Part shown: positions 47,701-55,087 of the stretch, one piece after another
Numbering within the stretch: position 1 is the stretch's first letter
How the letters are laid out: each line of letters opens with the position of its first letter
IMG/VR virus record: IMGVR_UViG_3300014203_000001
Span: 64,001 to 128,000 of that record
Source: a virus
Taxonomy: Duplodnaviria > Caudoviricetes
Direction: 5' to 3' (one strand)
Length of the DNA stretch: 64,000 bases
Translations under genes and position numbers: made by a program
The notes under the pieces: model-generated
Databases searched by the model: none
The model's input: only the letters and a program-made list of their open reading frames with translations
What the model was told of the DNA's origin: nothing

Positions 47701-49192
47701 TGAAGCAAACAACGAAATGTCGTTTAAAGGATTATCTGGTATGAACTCAGATAGGAGTTACAGCTTAGATAAAAGAACATATGACGATTCCATGATGGGT
47801 GTTATTGCAGCCTCTACTGGATTTGCTGCTAATGTTGGTATTACCAGACAGGCTAGTATAAATAGTAGCGTAAAAGGAACTAGAGGTTTAATTGTTTCTC
47901 CTAAAGATAAGGATATAAATACATTAAATACTCTATGTGTAACAGAAGCTTTAACTCCATTTGGTACTACTCACGATGATCCTATTAGAACTGCCATGGG
48001 ATTTATTCAGACTTCTAAACATCAAATGCGGGTCAAGAAATCATCTCCTAATCTTATAACAACAGGAATGGATGAAGCTCTACCTTATGTAACCTCTGAT
48101 ATATTCTCTTATAAATTTAGAGGTAAGAAAGGAAAGGTATTAGAAGTTACAGACGATTATATTATATATGAAGATTCTGATACTAAAGAAAGAGGATATG
48201 TAGATATAAGAGATAATGTCATGAAGAACTCAGATGGCGGTTTCTATGTAACAGTTAAGCTAGATCCATGTGTTAAGAAGGGTGATACATTGAAGTATCA
48301 TGATATACTTGCATATGACAAATCATCATACTCTAAAGCCATTGGAACGGATAAATCTGAGAAGACTATCTCATACAATATTGGTACTATGGCTAAGATA
48401 GGAATACTCACAACAGATGAAGCATTTGAAGATAGTGCTATATTTGATACATATCTATCCGATGCTCTTAGTTCTACTTATTGTGTGAAAAAAGAAAGAG
48501 CTTTATCTAAAGATACAAATGTATACAATGTTCTTAAGAAAGGAGATCCTATAGAAGAGGGAGATCCTCTAATAATATTCCAGAATGCATTTGATGAGAA
48601 AGATGCTAATGCTTTACTTAAATCTATAACAGATGATGATGTAGAAGCTATATCTGACTTGGGACGTATCCATGTTAGATCTAAAATGACAGGATGGGTA
48701 CAAGATGTAAAGATCTATCGTACATGTGAACTAGATGATCTATCTCCATCTTTAAAGAAACTTGTAGTTGAATATGAAAAAGGTATTCAAAAACAGAAGA
48801 AGTTATTTAAAGATAATAAGATGGAAGGAATGAATCATATACTAGAGCCAGACTATAAACTTCCTTCTACTGGTAAACTAAAAGGTGTAGATAACGGAGT
48901 CCTCATAGAATTCTATATCAAATGCGAGGATAAGTTTGGTATAGGAGATAAGCTAGTATATAACAATGCAATCAAAGGTGTAGGAAAAGATATAATAGCT
49001 GAGGGAGAAGAACCGTATACGGACTTCCGTAAAAATGAACCAGTAAATGCTTTACTAGCAGTAGCATCTGTAAATGCTCGTATGGCTTCTTCTATATTTC
49101 TTACAGGAGCATTGAATAAGTTCTTAGTAGAATTAGATAGAGCTTGTAAGGAAAAGCTAGGAATTCCATGGAAAAATTTAAAGGATATGTAA
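44738..49192 (+). CDS. rpoB: phage multisubunit RNA polymerase beta-like subunit, probably virion RNAP
   Basis: LTPFGTTHDDPIRTAMG, AFEDSAIF, IGDKL..IKGV and VNALL..SVNARM are beta motifs; long N-terminal extension with INE/YES/LQE sites and a late promoter fit a phiKZ/AR9-type vRNAP. Confidence 0.88.
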   Translation: MTVYLEDIKPMILNKTQFFLPINEEDKKKNSAIFLLTPNIESSINTMKHPLTLNRRLFESYYIEKDISFIINEAHQLVRSDVVPLYESMVEQYKNSRIYINSVNEQAILSEAAEDIIAEDYTLLREDYLVTEDFIHTNYELQESKFFFGDAVQSILEEDSPKSGNYSAMMRKLLYSERIKNQKECILIHDKVKADLAFIRYTYINYALYKQRNLFIDWSYYTQAFFKNNVYKLDRAVDLYFEFLNKFLSDTRLDDNGYKIKTVFIPVLDWVKTDIVAWDYTKDINPISMIYRLLKRKSTILTDKWSGYTFVFLSDKAYFKLNFSEFNETKLPVFVSLISKLSTGQVQDAELETNDSSKAIVHKVIDKMEDGGIEITNLTGGTTKISPEEMKKKFDNGDTIISKDTSKEDAEEEKKAQLVNQIKTVADKSSDENNAMENLDSDMDNEWTKQLIVDLQSEDGPNINASRKARILSLRSDFSNKKINGTKVEDLIKKNKEMTELEVDTIPIDNINEEWQNVQFSTFSKNYDLDSDIYAILADMSSKSEPIMIISVDKKDTSTSEDYIETWDIKCEDANGKRFTIKLDIPKFINNRYMKLRGNLKVVSGQLVLIPIIKTDEDTAQIVSCSYNKIFIKRINPSGGSKTTRAVSKLVKALSKYEGTKIKTFEGDNSFVSSKYELPIEYKDLSGLYSRIELSDGSYFSFNMDDMRKIPLQHPKEDMNRIPLYVNKDGKAECCTDEAANFIMLKLIAADPAFDDILSNIKPDKRLSYTSASILNTDIPVIVVMAYSEGLQTAMTKGGVKFNFTDKRPNASEFFIKFSDGYIVYQDNPSVSLLMSGLAHCDTASYSIKDINKKEMWLDFLDNFGGRIKADGLDNFYDLMFDPTTKEVCELYHLPTDYIEALGYASDLLTDTKYNKHVDISGNRIRTNEIIAGYVYKAISKGYGEYKTQLKRNKKDASLTIKQSAVIDNILMDPTSTDLSILNALLEAEANNEMSFKGLSGMNSDRSYSLDKRTYDDSMMGVIAASTGFAANVGITRQASINSSVKGTRGLIVSPKDKDINTLNTLCVTEALTPFGTTHDDPIRTAMGFIQTSKHQMRVKKSSPNLITTGMDEALPYVTSDIFSYKFRGKKGKVLEVTDDYIIYEDSDTKERGYVDIRDNVMKNSDGGFYVTVKLDPCVKKGDTLKYHDILAYDKSSYSKAIGTDKSEKTISYNIGTMAKIGILTTDEAFEDSAIFDTYLSDALSSTYCVKKERALSKDTNVYNVLKKGDPIEEGDPLIIFQNAFDEKDANALLKSITDDDVEAISDLGRIHVRSKMTGWVQDVKIYRTCELDDLSPSLKKLVVEYEKGIQKQKKLFKDNKMEGMNHILEPDYKLPSTGKLKGVDNGVLIEFYIKCEDKFGIGDKLVYNNAIKGVGKDIIAEGEEPYTDFRKNEPVNALLAVASVNARMASSIFLTGALNKFLVELDRACKEKLGIPWKNLKDM

Positions 49193-49506
49193 GAAAAGTA
49201 AAGAGGTATAGCAATGCTATACCTCTTATCTAAGTTCTCCATATATTCATAGAAGAAGTCTACAAATATAATTAAAAAATTAATAATATAATATAAGTTC
49301 GAGAGTATAGACAATCGTCTATACTCTCTCCTATATTTCTTATTAAGTTTCTTTATGGCTTTGTGTCTTCTCTTAGGATAATCATCAAATGTCCGATATG
49401 AACTCTTACGTACTAATAGATCGTCATTAATAAGATAATACGCTGTGATTCCTAATATATGACTACGCTTCTTTAATATCTCTTTTAGCGATTCAATGGT
49501 TTTCAT
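48913..49506 (-). CDS. hypothetical protein; 3' end runs through a terminator and antisense into the RNAP gene
   Basis: N-term YPKRRHKAIKKLNKKYR is shared with the neighbour; the last ~100 codons are probably not a genuine product. Confidence 0.55.
   Translation of the reverse strand: MKTIESLKEILKKRSHILGITAYYLINDDLLVRKSSYRTFDDYPKRRHKAIKKLNKKYRREYRRLSILSNLYYIINFLIIFVDFFYEYMENLDKRYSIAIPLYFSYISFKFFHGIPSFSLQALSNSTKNLFNAPVRNIEEAIRAFTDATASKAFTGSFLRKSVYGSSPSAIISFPTPLIALLYTSLSPIPNLSSHLI
49201..49227. terminator. palindrome (near-identical copy at 49957-49984)
   Basis: aagaggtatagca-a-tgctatacctctt. Confidence 0.75.
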
Positions 49507-49510
49507 AACA

Positions 49511-49933
49511 TCAATTCCTTTTTATTCCATCTATTATTAGCTCTTCTGCTGATGGAAGATTAAGATCTATTATATCCCCGTCAAGATCCAAACCAGCCAA
49601 CGAGTAGAATTCTGGAATGTTACCTATATTATCTGGAGATTTTACATAGATATGTTTGATCGGAATCCTTGGATATACTCTCGAATAATCAAAGTCTTTA
49701 AAATCTAATGGATTTCCATCATAATCCCCACATAACATAGGTGGAATTTTAAATATATTTCTATATACTCTAGACAGTTTCTTTATTAAACTTTCTCTTC
49801 TCTTTTTATGTTTAGGAAACTTTTGATACGCCTCGATATATACAAATCTACTCCCAGGTATTCTATATGTGATATCACTTAATAAGCATATCTCAAAATA
49901 CTCTAGATCTTTCCTGTATTTAATATTCTCCAT
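49511..49933 (-). CDS. hypothetical protein with GDYDG and GLDLDGD motifs
   Basis: AGGAG RBS; FPKHKKRRESLIKKL motif. Confidence 0.75.
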   Translation of the reverse strand: MENIKYRKDLEYFEICLLSDITYRIPGSRFVYIEAYQKFPKHKKRRESLIKKLSRVYRNIFKIPPMLCGDYDGNPLDFKDFDYSRVYPRIPIKHIYVKSPDNIGNIPEFYSLAGLDLDGDIIDLNLPSAEELIIDGIKRN

Positions 49934-49956
49934 TCTTATACACTCCTTTAAAAATA

Positions 49957-49984
49957 AAGAGGTATAGCAATTGCTATACCTCTT
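49957..49984. terminator. 28-bp perfect palindrome
   Basis: aagaggtatagcaattgctatacctctt. Confidence 0.75.
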
Positions 49985-49993
49985 CTATTCTGA

Positions 49994-51334
49994 TTAAATG
50001 ATTTTGATCTCCGAAACATCGTCAGATTTAAACATTAATACCTTTTCTTTATCTCCATCTTCGATTGTTACTTCAACGATAGATCCGAATTTGATACTAT
50101 GTTTCGCATCTTGAGAGATGTCGAATAATTTAGTAGTTCCATCTTTGAAATATACTTGAACTTTCTTATTTAAATAAGCAGATTCTGTAACATGATTCTT
50201 TTCTGTATCTTCGCCAAAGAAATAGGCATTGCGTGTTGTATTAAATACTGGGCGTTTGGCGTTTCGCCAAGCTAATGCTTTTTCTACCAGATATGAACCA
50301 CATCCAATATCATCCTCACCTTTTTCAATCTTAGTATTTTCTTTATTAGACGAATTATTATCCATAAAGTCTACACTTGGAGGTAATGGTATAGTATCTG
50401 TATCGCCAGATTTATTATAATGCGATAGACCTATACTCGGAGTCAAATACTCAGTTGATTTGAGTTTATAAGAATTAAAATCTGATGGATTTTGAAGTTT
50501 AATTAATACATCTGTATTGCCACTGGCATCTACAGCGCAATCTTCCTCCTGTTCGATCTTATCGGAAGTGACTAGAGGATTTTCTAATTTAACTTCAGTG
50601 AATGCAGCAGAAGGTTGCTTCACTATAGAGTTCTTGATATTTTGAGCTACTACTTTTCCATTTATCTGTTTATCATTCAATACATCATTGATTTTCTCAA
50701 GATAAACATCTTTATCTTTAAGAGTCAAAGCACTGATATAGTCATGGACTTTGATCAGGTTCTCGATTTTCCGTTCCATATTATGGATCGAAGTGATAAA
50801 CTCTAGCACTTTAGAGAAAGAATTAAGCTTTTCTCTAGTTAGCGTAAATAGCTTCAATTGCTCAGCGGAACCTAGAATTGCGCCGATGCACTCGCTTGAA
50901 AAGTGTAGTTCATTGTCAAGAATAACATGATCATGTTTTCTAGTTCTGTTGAATACAAATCTTTCTGGGAATACCTGATCGTATTCGCAGTCAACAAAAT
51001 ACCTATTAGCATTCTGACGGAACTTTTCTTTCTTCTTGTAGTCAGCCACTTTATAAATAGCTTTCTTGGTATAGAGAAATACATATCTGATTTTTCCTCT
51101 AATATTAATACCACTATCTGCTAATTCCTTAGCCCCATCATATATCTTGACATAATCCTCAGGATTTAGATAATTGTAGGTTCTCATATAGGTTAGGGTA
51201 CCAGTCACACTCTGTTTAACTAGAACGCTTACTTTAGACTCTTCTGTTAACCCCAAAAGAATTTTAGCTACACTCATAGCTGGGTACATTTTCTTTCCTG
51301 CTACCATTACATATAGTTTGTTTTCGTTTGTCAT
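49994..51334 (-). CDS. early protein, possible tandem Bro-N-like DNA-binding modules
   Basis: VAGKKMYPAMSVAKILLG and ILDNELHFSSECIGAILG resemble the Bro-N start; early promoter upstream. Confidence 0.45.
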   Translation of the reverse strand: MTNENKLYVMVAGKKMYPAMSVAKILLGLTEESKVSVLVKQSVTGTLTYMRTYNYLNPEDYVKIYDGAKELADSGINIRGKIRYVFLYTKKAIYKVADYKKKEKFRQNANRYFVDCEYDQVFPERFVFNRTRKHDHVILDNELHFSSECIGAILGSAEQLKLFTLTREKLNSFSKVLEFITSIHNMERKIENLIKVHDYISALTLKDKDVYLEKINDVLNDKQINGKVVAQNIKNSIVKQPSAAFTEVKLENPLVTSDKIEQEEDCAVDASGNTDVLIKLQNPSDFNSYKLKSTEYLTPSIGLSHYNKSGDTDTIPLPPSVDFMDNNSSNKENTKIEKGEDDIGCGSYLVEKALAWRNAKRPVFNTTRNAYFFGEDTEKNHVTESAYLNKKVQVYFKDGTTKLFDISQDAKHSIKFGSIVEVTIEDGDKEKVLMFKSDDVSEIKII

Positions 51335-51375
51335 AATAAAATCTCTCCCCTCTTCGATACAATATTTTATTATTG

Positions 51376-51394
51376 CTCACATATATAATATATA
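51376..51394 (-). promoter_or_regulatory. putative early promoter
   Basis: TATATATTAT-ATATG-TGAG. Confidence 0.7.
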
Positions 51395-51418
51395 ACTATA
51401 TTGTGTAAGATTTACAAA

Positions 51419-51446
51419 AAAGGAATAGCTATATAGCTATTCCTTT
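51419..51446. terminator. 28-bp perfect palindrome
   Basis: aaaggaatagctatatagctattccttt. Confidence 0.7.
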
Positions 51447-51653
51447 ATCATACTTATGCTTATCATAGTATCTAATATTTAACCTATCTCTACGATACCA
51501 ATTGGTTTTGTCCTCAATTAACTTGTATATCTGTCTATGTCTGCTATTACCAGGTTTGTGCATATAGCATACTTCTCCGCATCTTGGATAAAGATTATAC
51601 TCGTCAAAATCGTTTATTCCATATAGTTCTTTTCTACTTGGCAATGTTATCAT
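51429..51653 (-). CDS. small basic hypothetical protein
   Basis: GGGGAGG RBS before ATG 51653. Confidence 0.65.
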   Translation of the reverse strand: MITLPSRKELYGINDFDEYNLYPRCGEVCYMHKPGNSRHRQIYKLIEDKTNWYRRDRLNIRYYDKHKYDKGIAI

Positions 51654-51696
51654 ATCTTCACCTCCCCTAATCAATAGTAATTATTTGATAAAAATA

Positions 51697-51732
51697 AATA
51701 TAGAGGTATACCAATTGGTATACCTCTATATT
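51697..51732. terminator. 36-bp perfect palindrome
   Basis: aatatagaggtataccaattggtatacctctatatt. Confidence 0.75.
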
Positions 51733-51739
51733 AATAGGA

Positions 51740-51925
51740 TTATAATAAGAATAATGCTACTAAGGTTGCATATCCTACTAATAGGTATGCTATTCCTTTT
51801 AATACAATAACTGAATCTTCTTTAGTCCAGTTTTCTTTGATATACTTGGCTCCGTAAAATACACCTAAAAGTGATATTACTATTACCTCTACAATATCTG
51901 ATACTAATGCTGATACTATTCCCAT
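51740..51925 (-). CDS. small two-TM membrane protein (early)
   Basis: Two hydrophobic segments, AGGAG RBS, early promoter. Confidence 0.75.
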   Translation of the reverse strand: MGIVSALVSDIVEVIVISLLGVFYGAKYIKENWTKEDSVIVLKGIAYLLVGYATLVALFLL

Positions 51926-51952
51926 AGTAAAACAACTCCTTTTATATTATAC

Positions 51953-51971
51953 TTCATCTATATAATATATA
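51953..51971 (-). promoter_or_regulatory. putative early promoter
   Basis: TATATATTAT-ATAGA-TGAA. Confidence 0.7.
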
Positions 51972-51980
51972 ACCTAAATT

Positions 51981-52504
51981 TATAACTAATGCATATTTAC
52001 AATACTGTAGATATATAAATAATAAGTTATATAATACAGTAAGCATACCAGATACTATTATAGTATCTGGTATTATATTAATTCTTCTATTCTTTATTAA
52101 TCATGTCTATTTATCTTAATTTTGATCCCCCTTACGAATATGTAGTACTTTTAGAAATTAATTTGATAATTTTATACGTATCTTAACTTTCTCTATTATT
52201 AGTATACTAATAATAGAGAAAACAGTAAAATAGAGAGAAGACTATAGTCTTCTCTCTAATCATATTCATCCTCTATTTCTCCTACCAAAATCCCCTCTAT
52301 TGATATGTAATTGTTTTAGTTTTTAATTTGTATTTCTCAGTAACATAGATAATTTCCTATATAAACAAGTATCTAATATAGGAAAAGACAGTATAATTAC
52401 AGATAATCAATGATTATCTGTTCTATCTCTAATTAATCATGTCTATTCTCTTATTTCAGATCCCCCTTATGAATATGTCATGCTTTTAGAAATTAATTTG
52501 ATAA
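51981..52504 (-). repeat. array of three ~170-bp structured non-coding units (candidate small RNAs or replication origin)
   Basis: Each unit on the plus strand: hairpin A - ACAGTA - hairpin B - TAATCAT - ATCCCC - ATATGT - TTTTAG - TAATTTG; units 1 and 3 share a ~73-bp near-identical block. Confidence 0.75.
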
Positions 52505-52517
52505 AAATATCAATAGT

Positions 52518-52536
52518 TATATATTATAAGTATGAA
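52518..52536 (+). promoter_or_regulatory. putative early promoter
   Basis: TATATATTAT-AAGTA-TGAA. Confidence 0.7.
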
Positions 52537-52568
52537 TAGTAATAAAATATATAAAGGTGGTATAACTA

Positions 52569-52907
52569 ATGGAAAAGATAGTAGTTACAGTGGAGAATAT
52601 TAAGGAGGTATTTGATAAGATTAAGTCGTTACAATCTCCTAAAAAAGACATTGAATTAGAATATGGAATAGTAGATATTGCTAATGTATTTACAACTACT
52701 GAATGTAGTTGTAAGTTAAAAGAGTACAAGGTTGGAATATATAATTATATCAAATACAACCAATCAAATGTTAAAATCGAGATAAACTTCGACCTAGGAA
52801 CTAATATAATATTTCCAGGAATGGTTATAGTATTTGAAAAGGATTCATTCTACATATATTCAGATATAAAACTTCCAGTTATATCTCAAAGGTTTACTAT
52901 TAAATAA
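52569..52907 (+). CDS. hypothetical early protein
   Basis: 112 aa, AGGTGG RBS. Confidence 0.8.
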   Translation: MEKIVVTVENIKEVFDKIKSLQSPKKDIELEYGIVDIANVFTTTECSCKLKEYKVGIYNYIKYNQSNVKIEINFDLGTNIIFPGMVIVFEKDSFYIYSDIKLPVISQRFTIK

Positions 52908-52917
52908 AAGACACAAT

Positions 52918-52951
52918 ATATGCAGTAGTACTAAATTGTACTACTGCATAT
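52918..52951. terminator. stem-loop
   Basis: atatgcagtagtac-taaatt-gtactactgcatat. Confidence 0.75.
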
Positions 52952-53121
52952 ATCAGTGTAAAAAGGATGTAATAGTATATCAAAATGTTATTTTACTAGA
53001 TCGCCCAAATCTAATAAAATAATCAGAAGTAATCAAAAGGGAAGGTATTGTGTGCGAAGCAATACCTTCTATATATGGGGATAATAAGAGGAGAGAGTTA
53101 GCTGCTTGCATAACTAACTTT
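52918..53121 (-). ncRNA. candidate ~200-nt structured sRNA with C/U-rich linkers
   Basis: GACA-TATATG-TA at 53121-53132 (minus strand), three hairpins, then a terminator; no RBS-led ORF. Confidence 0.45.
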
Positions 53122-53155
53122 ACATATATGTCTATCAGTTATTATTTTTTATAAA

Positions 53156-53174
53156 TATATATTATATAGGTGAG
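53156..53174 (+). promoter_or_regulatory. putative early promoter
   Basis: TATATATTAT-ATAGG-TGAG. Confidence 0.7.
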
Positions 53175-53209
53175 CAATAAATATATTGCATCATAAGGAG
53201 GAATTAATT

Positions 53210-53704
53210 ATGGATATGATTATTTTAACTACAGAAAACACGAAGAGTGTTAAAGAGAAATTAATAAAGTTTTTAGGTAATAGTGACTATTGCACTTATA
53301 TGAAAGGAATGAGAGGACCAGCTAAATTAAATAGAAAAGAAGCTTTTTGTGGATGTGATTTTAATAGAGTTGCTATTTTGAAAGGTTTTAAAATATGTGG
53401 CAATATGGAACTTTGTGATGCTATAGATGATAAATTTCAGTATACTACAGCTGCTACTGGAATCGATATATGTTTATCGCATGGGTTAATCAATATACCA
53501 ATCAATACAACGCTAGTTATTTTTGATGATGTGTTATTTATATACTATGATAAGACATTAGGGGAACAATGCGCTAGAATCAGTTTACGTAATGACGAAG
53601 AAGTTAATGCAGATAAGGATGAATTTGGTAAGTATATTATAGAAGAGATCAAAGAAATTACTGTTAAAACAAACCCGATGCGTAAACTTAGAACTGACAA
53701 ATAA
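53210..53704 (+). CDS. hypothetical early protein
   Basis: AGGAGG RBS before ATG 53210. Confidence 0.8.
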   Translation: MDMIILTTENTKSVKEKLIKFLGNSDYCTYMKGMRGPAKLNRKEAFCGCDFNRVAILKGFKICGNMELCDAIDDKFQYTTAATGIDICLSHGLINIPINTTLVIFDDVLFIYYDKTLGEQCARISLRNDEEVNADKDEFGKYIIEEIKEITVKTNPMRKLRTDK

Positions 53705-53711
53705 AAAGAAA

Positions 53712-53748
53712 ATATACACCACGGTACAAATTGTACCGTGGTGTATAT
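53712..53748. terminator. 37-bp palindrome between convergent genes
   Basis: atatacaccacggtacaa-a-ttgtaccgtggtgtatat. Confidence 0.75.
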
Positions 53749-53751
53749 CTA

Positions 53752-54477
53752 TTAGTTATTATTTTCTACAACAGAGAAATCTAAATCTTCTCTAACTATC
53801 TTAGTTCCAGAACTAAACGAAATGGTATATTTCATATCCTTAGTATCTTTGAATGATACATATCCTCCTGGAACTGTAAAACCTTTAAGTTTTATTTTTT
53901 GTAACATTGCAAAGAAATCGTTATTCTGTACTGGCTCGTCGTTACAAGTTATGGCTGTAATGTTTCCTTGAATATTGTAAGCTGAGATGATCTTATCGAT
54001 AACAGCTAGCTCATTATCAATAACATCTTTAATCTCTTCATTTGTTTTAGTAATAGCTTCAACTAGATCTTCTTCTATATTAGGTTCATTATCTTCGCAA
54101 TACATAGATTGATAAAAGTCTACGGCATTGGTTCTAATATCATTCTTTTTACTTTTTTCATTTAGTTCGCTTAGAGGAGTATCCATTACAGCTTTAATAG
54201 CTTCCTCTTCTAATTTTAATATAGTTTCTAGATCCTTATCTTCTAATTCGATAAGTTCTCCATCTGATAATATAACGAATATAGCAGATTTTAATTCCTC
54301 TGCGGCTTGTCTAATTGTATCTAGACACGTTTGATACGTACCAACCAAAGCACCCTTTTTAATTTCATTGAGAGTTGATATAATATCTGCACAAACTTTT
54401 ACCCTGAATACCTCATCACAATCATTTGGTTGTGGTGTTAAGAATATAAATACAGTATTTGTAATATTTGGTTCCAT
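53752..54477 (-). CDS. acidic hypothetical protein
   Basis: 241 aa, AGGAGG RBS. Confidence 0.8.
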   Translation of the reverse strand: MEPNITNTVFIFLTPQPNDCDEVFRVKVCADIISTLNEIKKGALVGTYQTCLDTIRQAAEELKSAIFVILSDGELIELEDKDLETILKLEEEAIKAVMDTPLSELNEKSKKNDIRTNAVDFYQSMYCEDNEPNIEEDLVEAITKTNEEIKDVIDNELAVIDKIISAYNIQGNITAITCNDEPVQNNDFFAMLQKIKLKGFTVPGGYVSFKDTKDMKYTISFSSGTKIVREDLDFSVVENNN

Positions 54478-54478
54478 T

Positions 54479-54989
54479 TTAGTTTCCTCCTTTTGAGAAT
54501 AAAGTAGTTACAACAAGTTTAGTTGTATTGAAGGTAGCGGGCGTCATAATCCTTTTATAATATGATTCATTCGAATGGAACCAATCTAGTGCGGTATTAT
54601 TAAACTTATATCCCATCTAGAATCATTTCAGCAATATATACTCTATCCATATCAATAGGATGGTCTCCCGCTTTATCTCTCATTACCCAATACTCTGGAT
54701 GATGTTTATTGGTATTCATATGGTGTAGCCATGCTTTATCAAATTCAGTATGTATTGTTTCATCGCCAATATCATCACTATCTGGATAGAACTTCTTTTT
54801 ATACCCAGAAAACTCAGCTATTGCAAATTTAGAATTATCGTGAACATTTGTATTCATACCTAACTTTGTTGATAATGATTCATTTTTCATTATACCTAGT
54901 ATTTCCATTCCATATTCTATAAAAGCTTTCTTTACATTGTCTTTATGGTCAATAATATATTCTTGATATTTCTGTACTTGTTTTGTCAT
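54479..54989 (-). pseudogene. HD-superfamily (DUF5662-like) gene with frameshift near 54612
   Basis: HDNSKF..AWLHH..NKHHPEYW..EMILD, then the frame changes to GYKFNNTALDWF..KGGN*, which ends next to the downstream ATG. Confidence 0.7.
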
Positions 54990-55087
54990 TTTAACCTCTC
55001 CCTTAATATCTATTTTATTATATAGTAAATATCCGTATACAAATATACTAGAGTTGGTACAATATAGTAAATTTAAAAAGGGGGAGT

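Noticed and set aside
44738-49192. Group I intron or intein in the RNAP gene, as in AR9
   Set aside because: The ORF is continuous, beta motifs occur in order, and no intein termini or homing-endonuclease motifs were seen.
52075-52440. Tiny minus-strand ORFs starting at the conserved ATGATTA (MINKE*, MNMIREK.., MIN*)
   Set aside because: Lengths and sequences are not conserved, and the G-run is over 20 nt from the ATG, too far for an RBS.
51981-52504. CRISPR array interpretation of the tandem repeats
   Set aside because: Only three units; conserved blocks are ~70 bp and degenerate, the variable parts are themselves palindromes, and there are no cas genes in the window.
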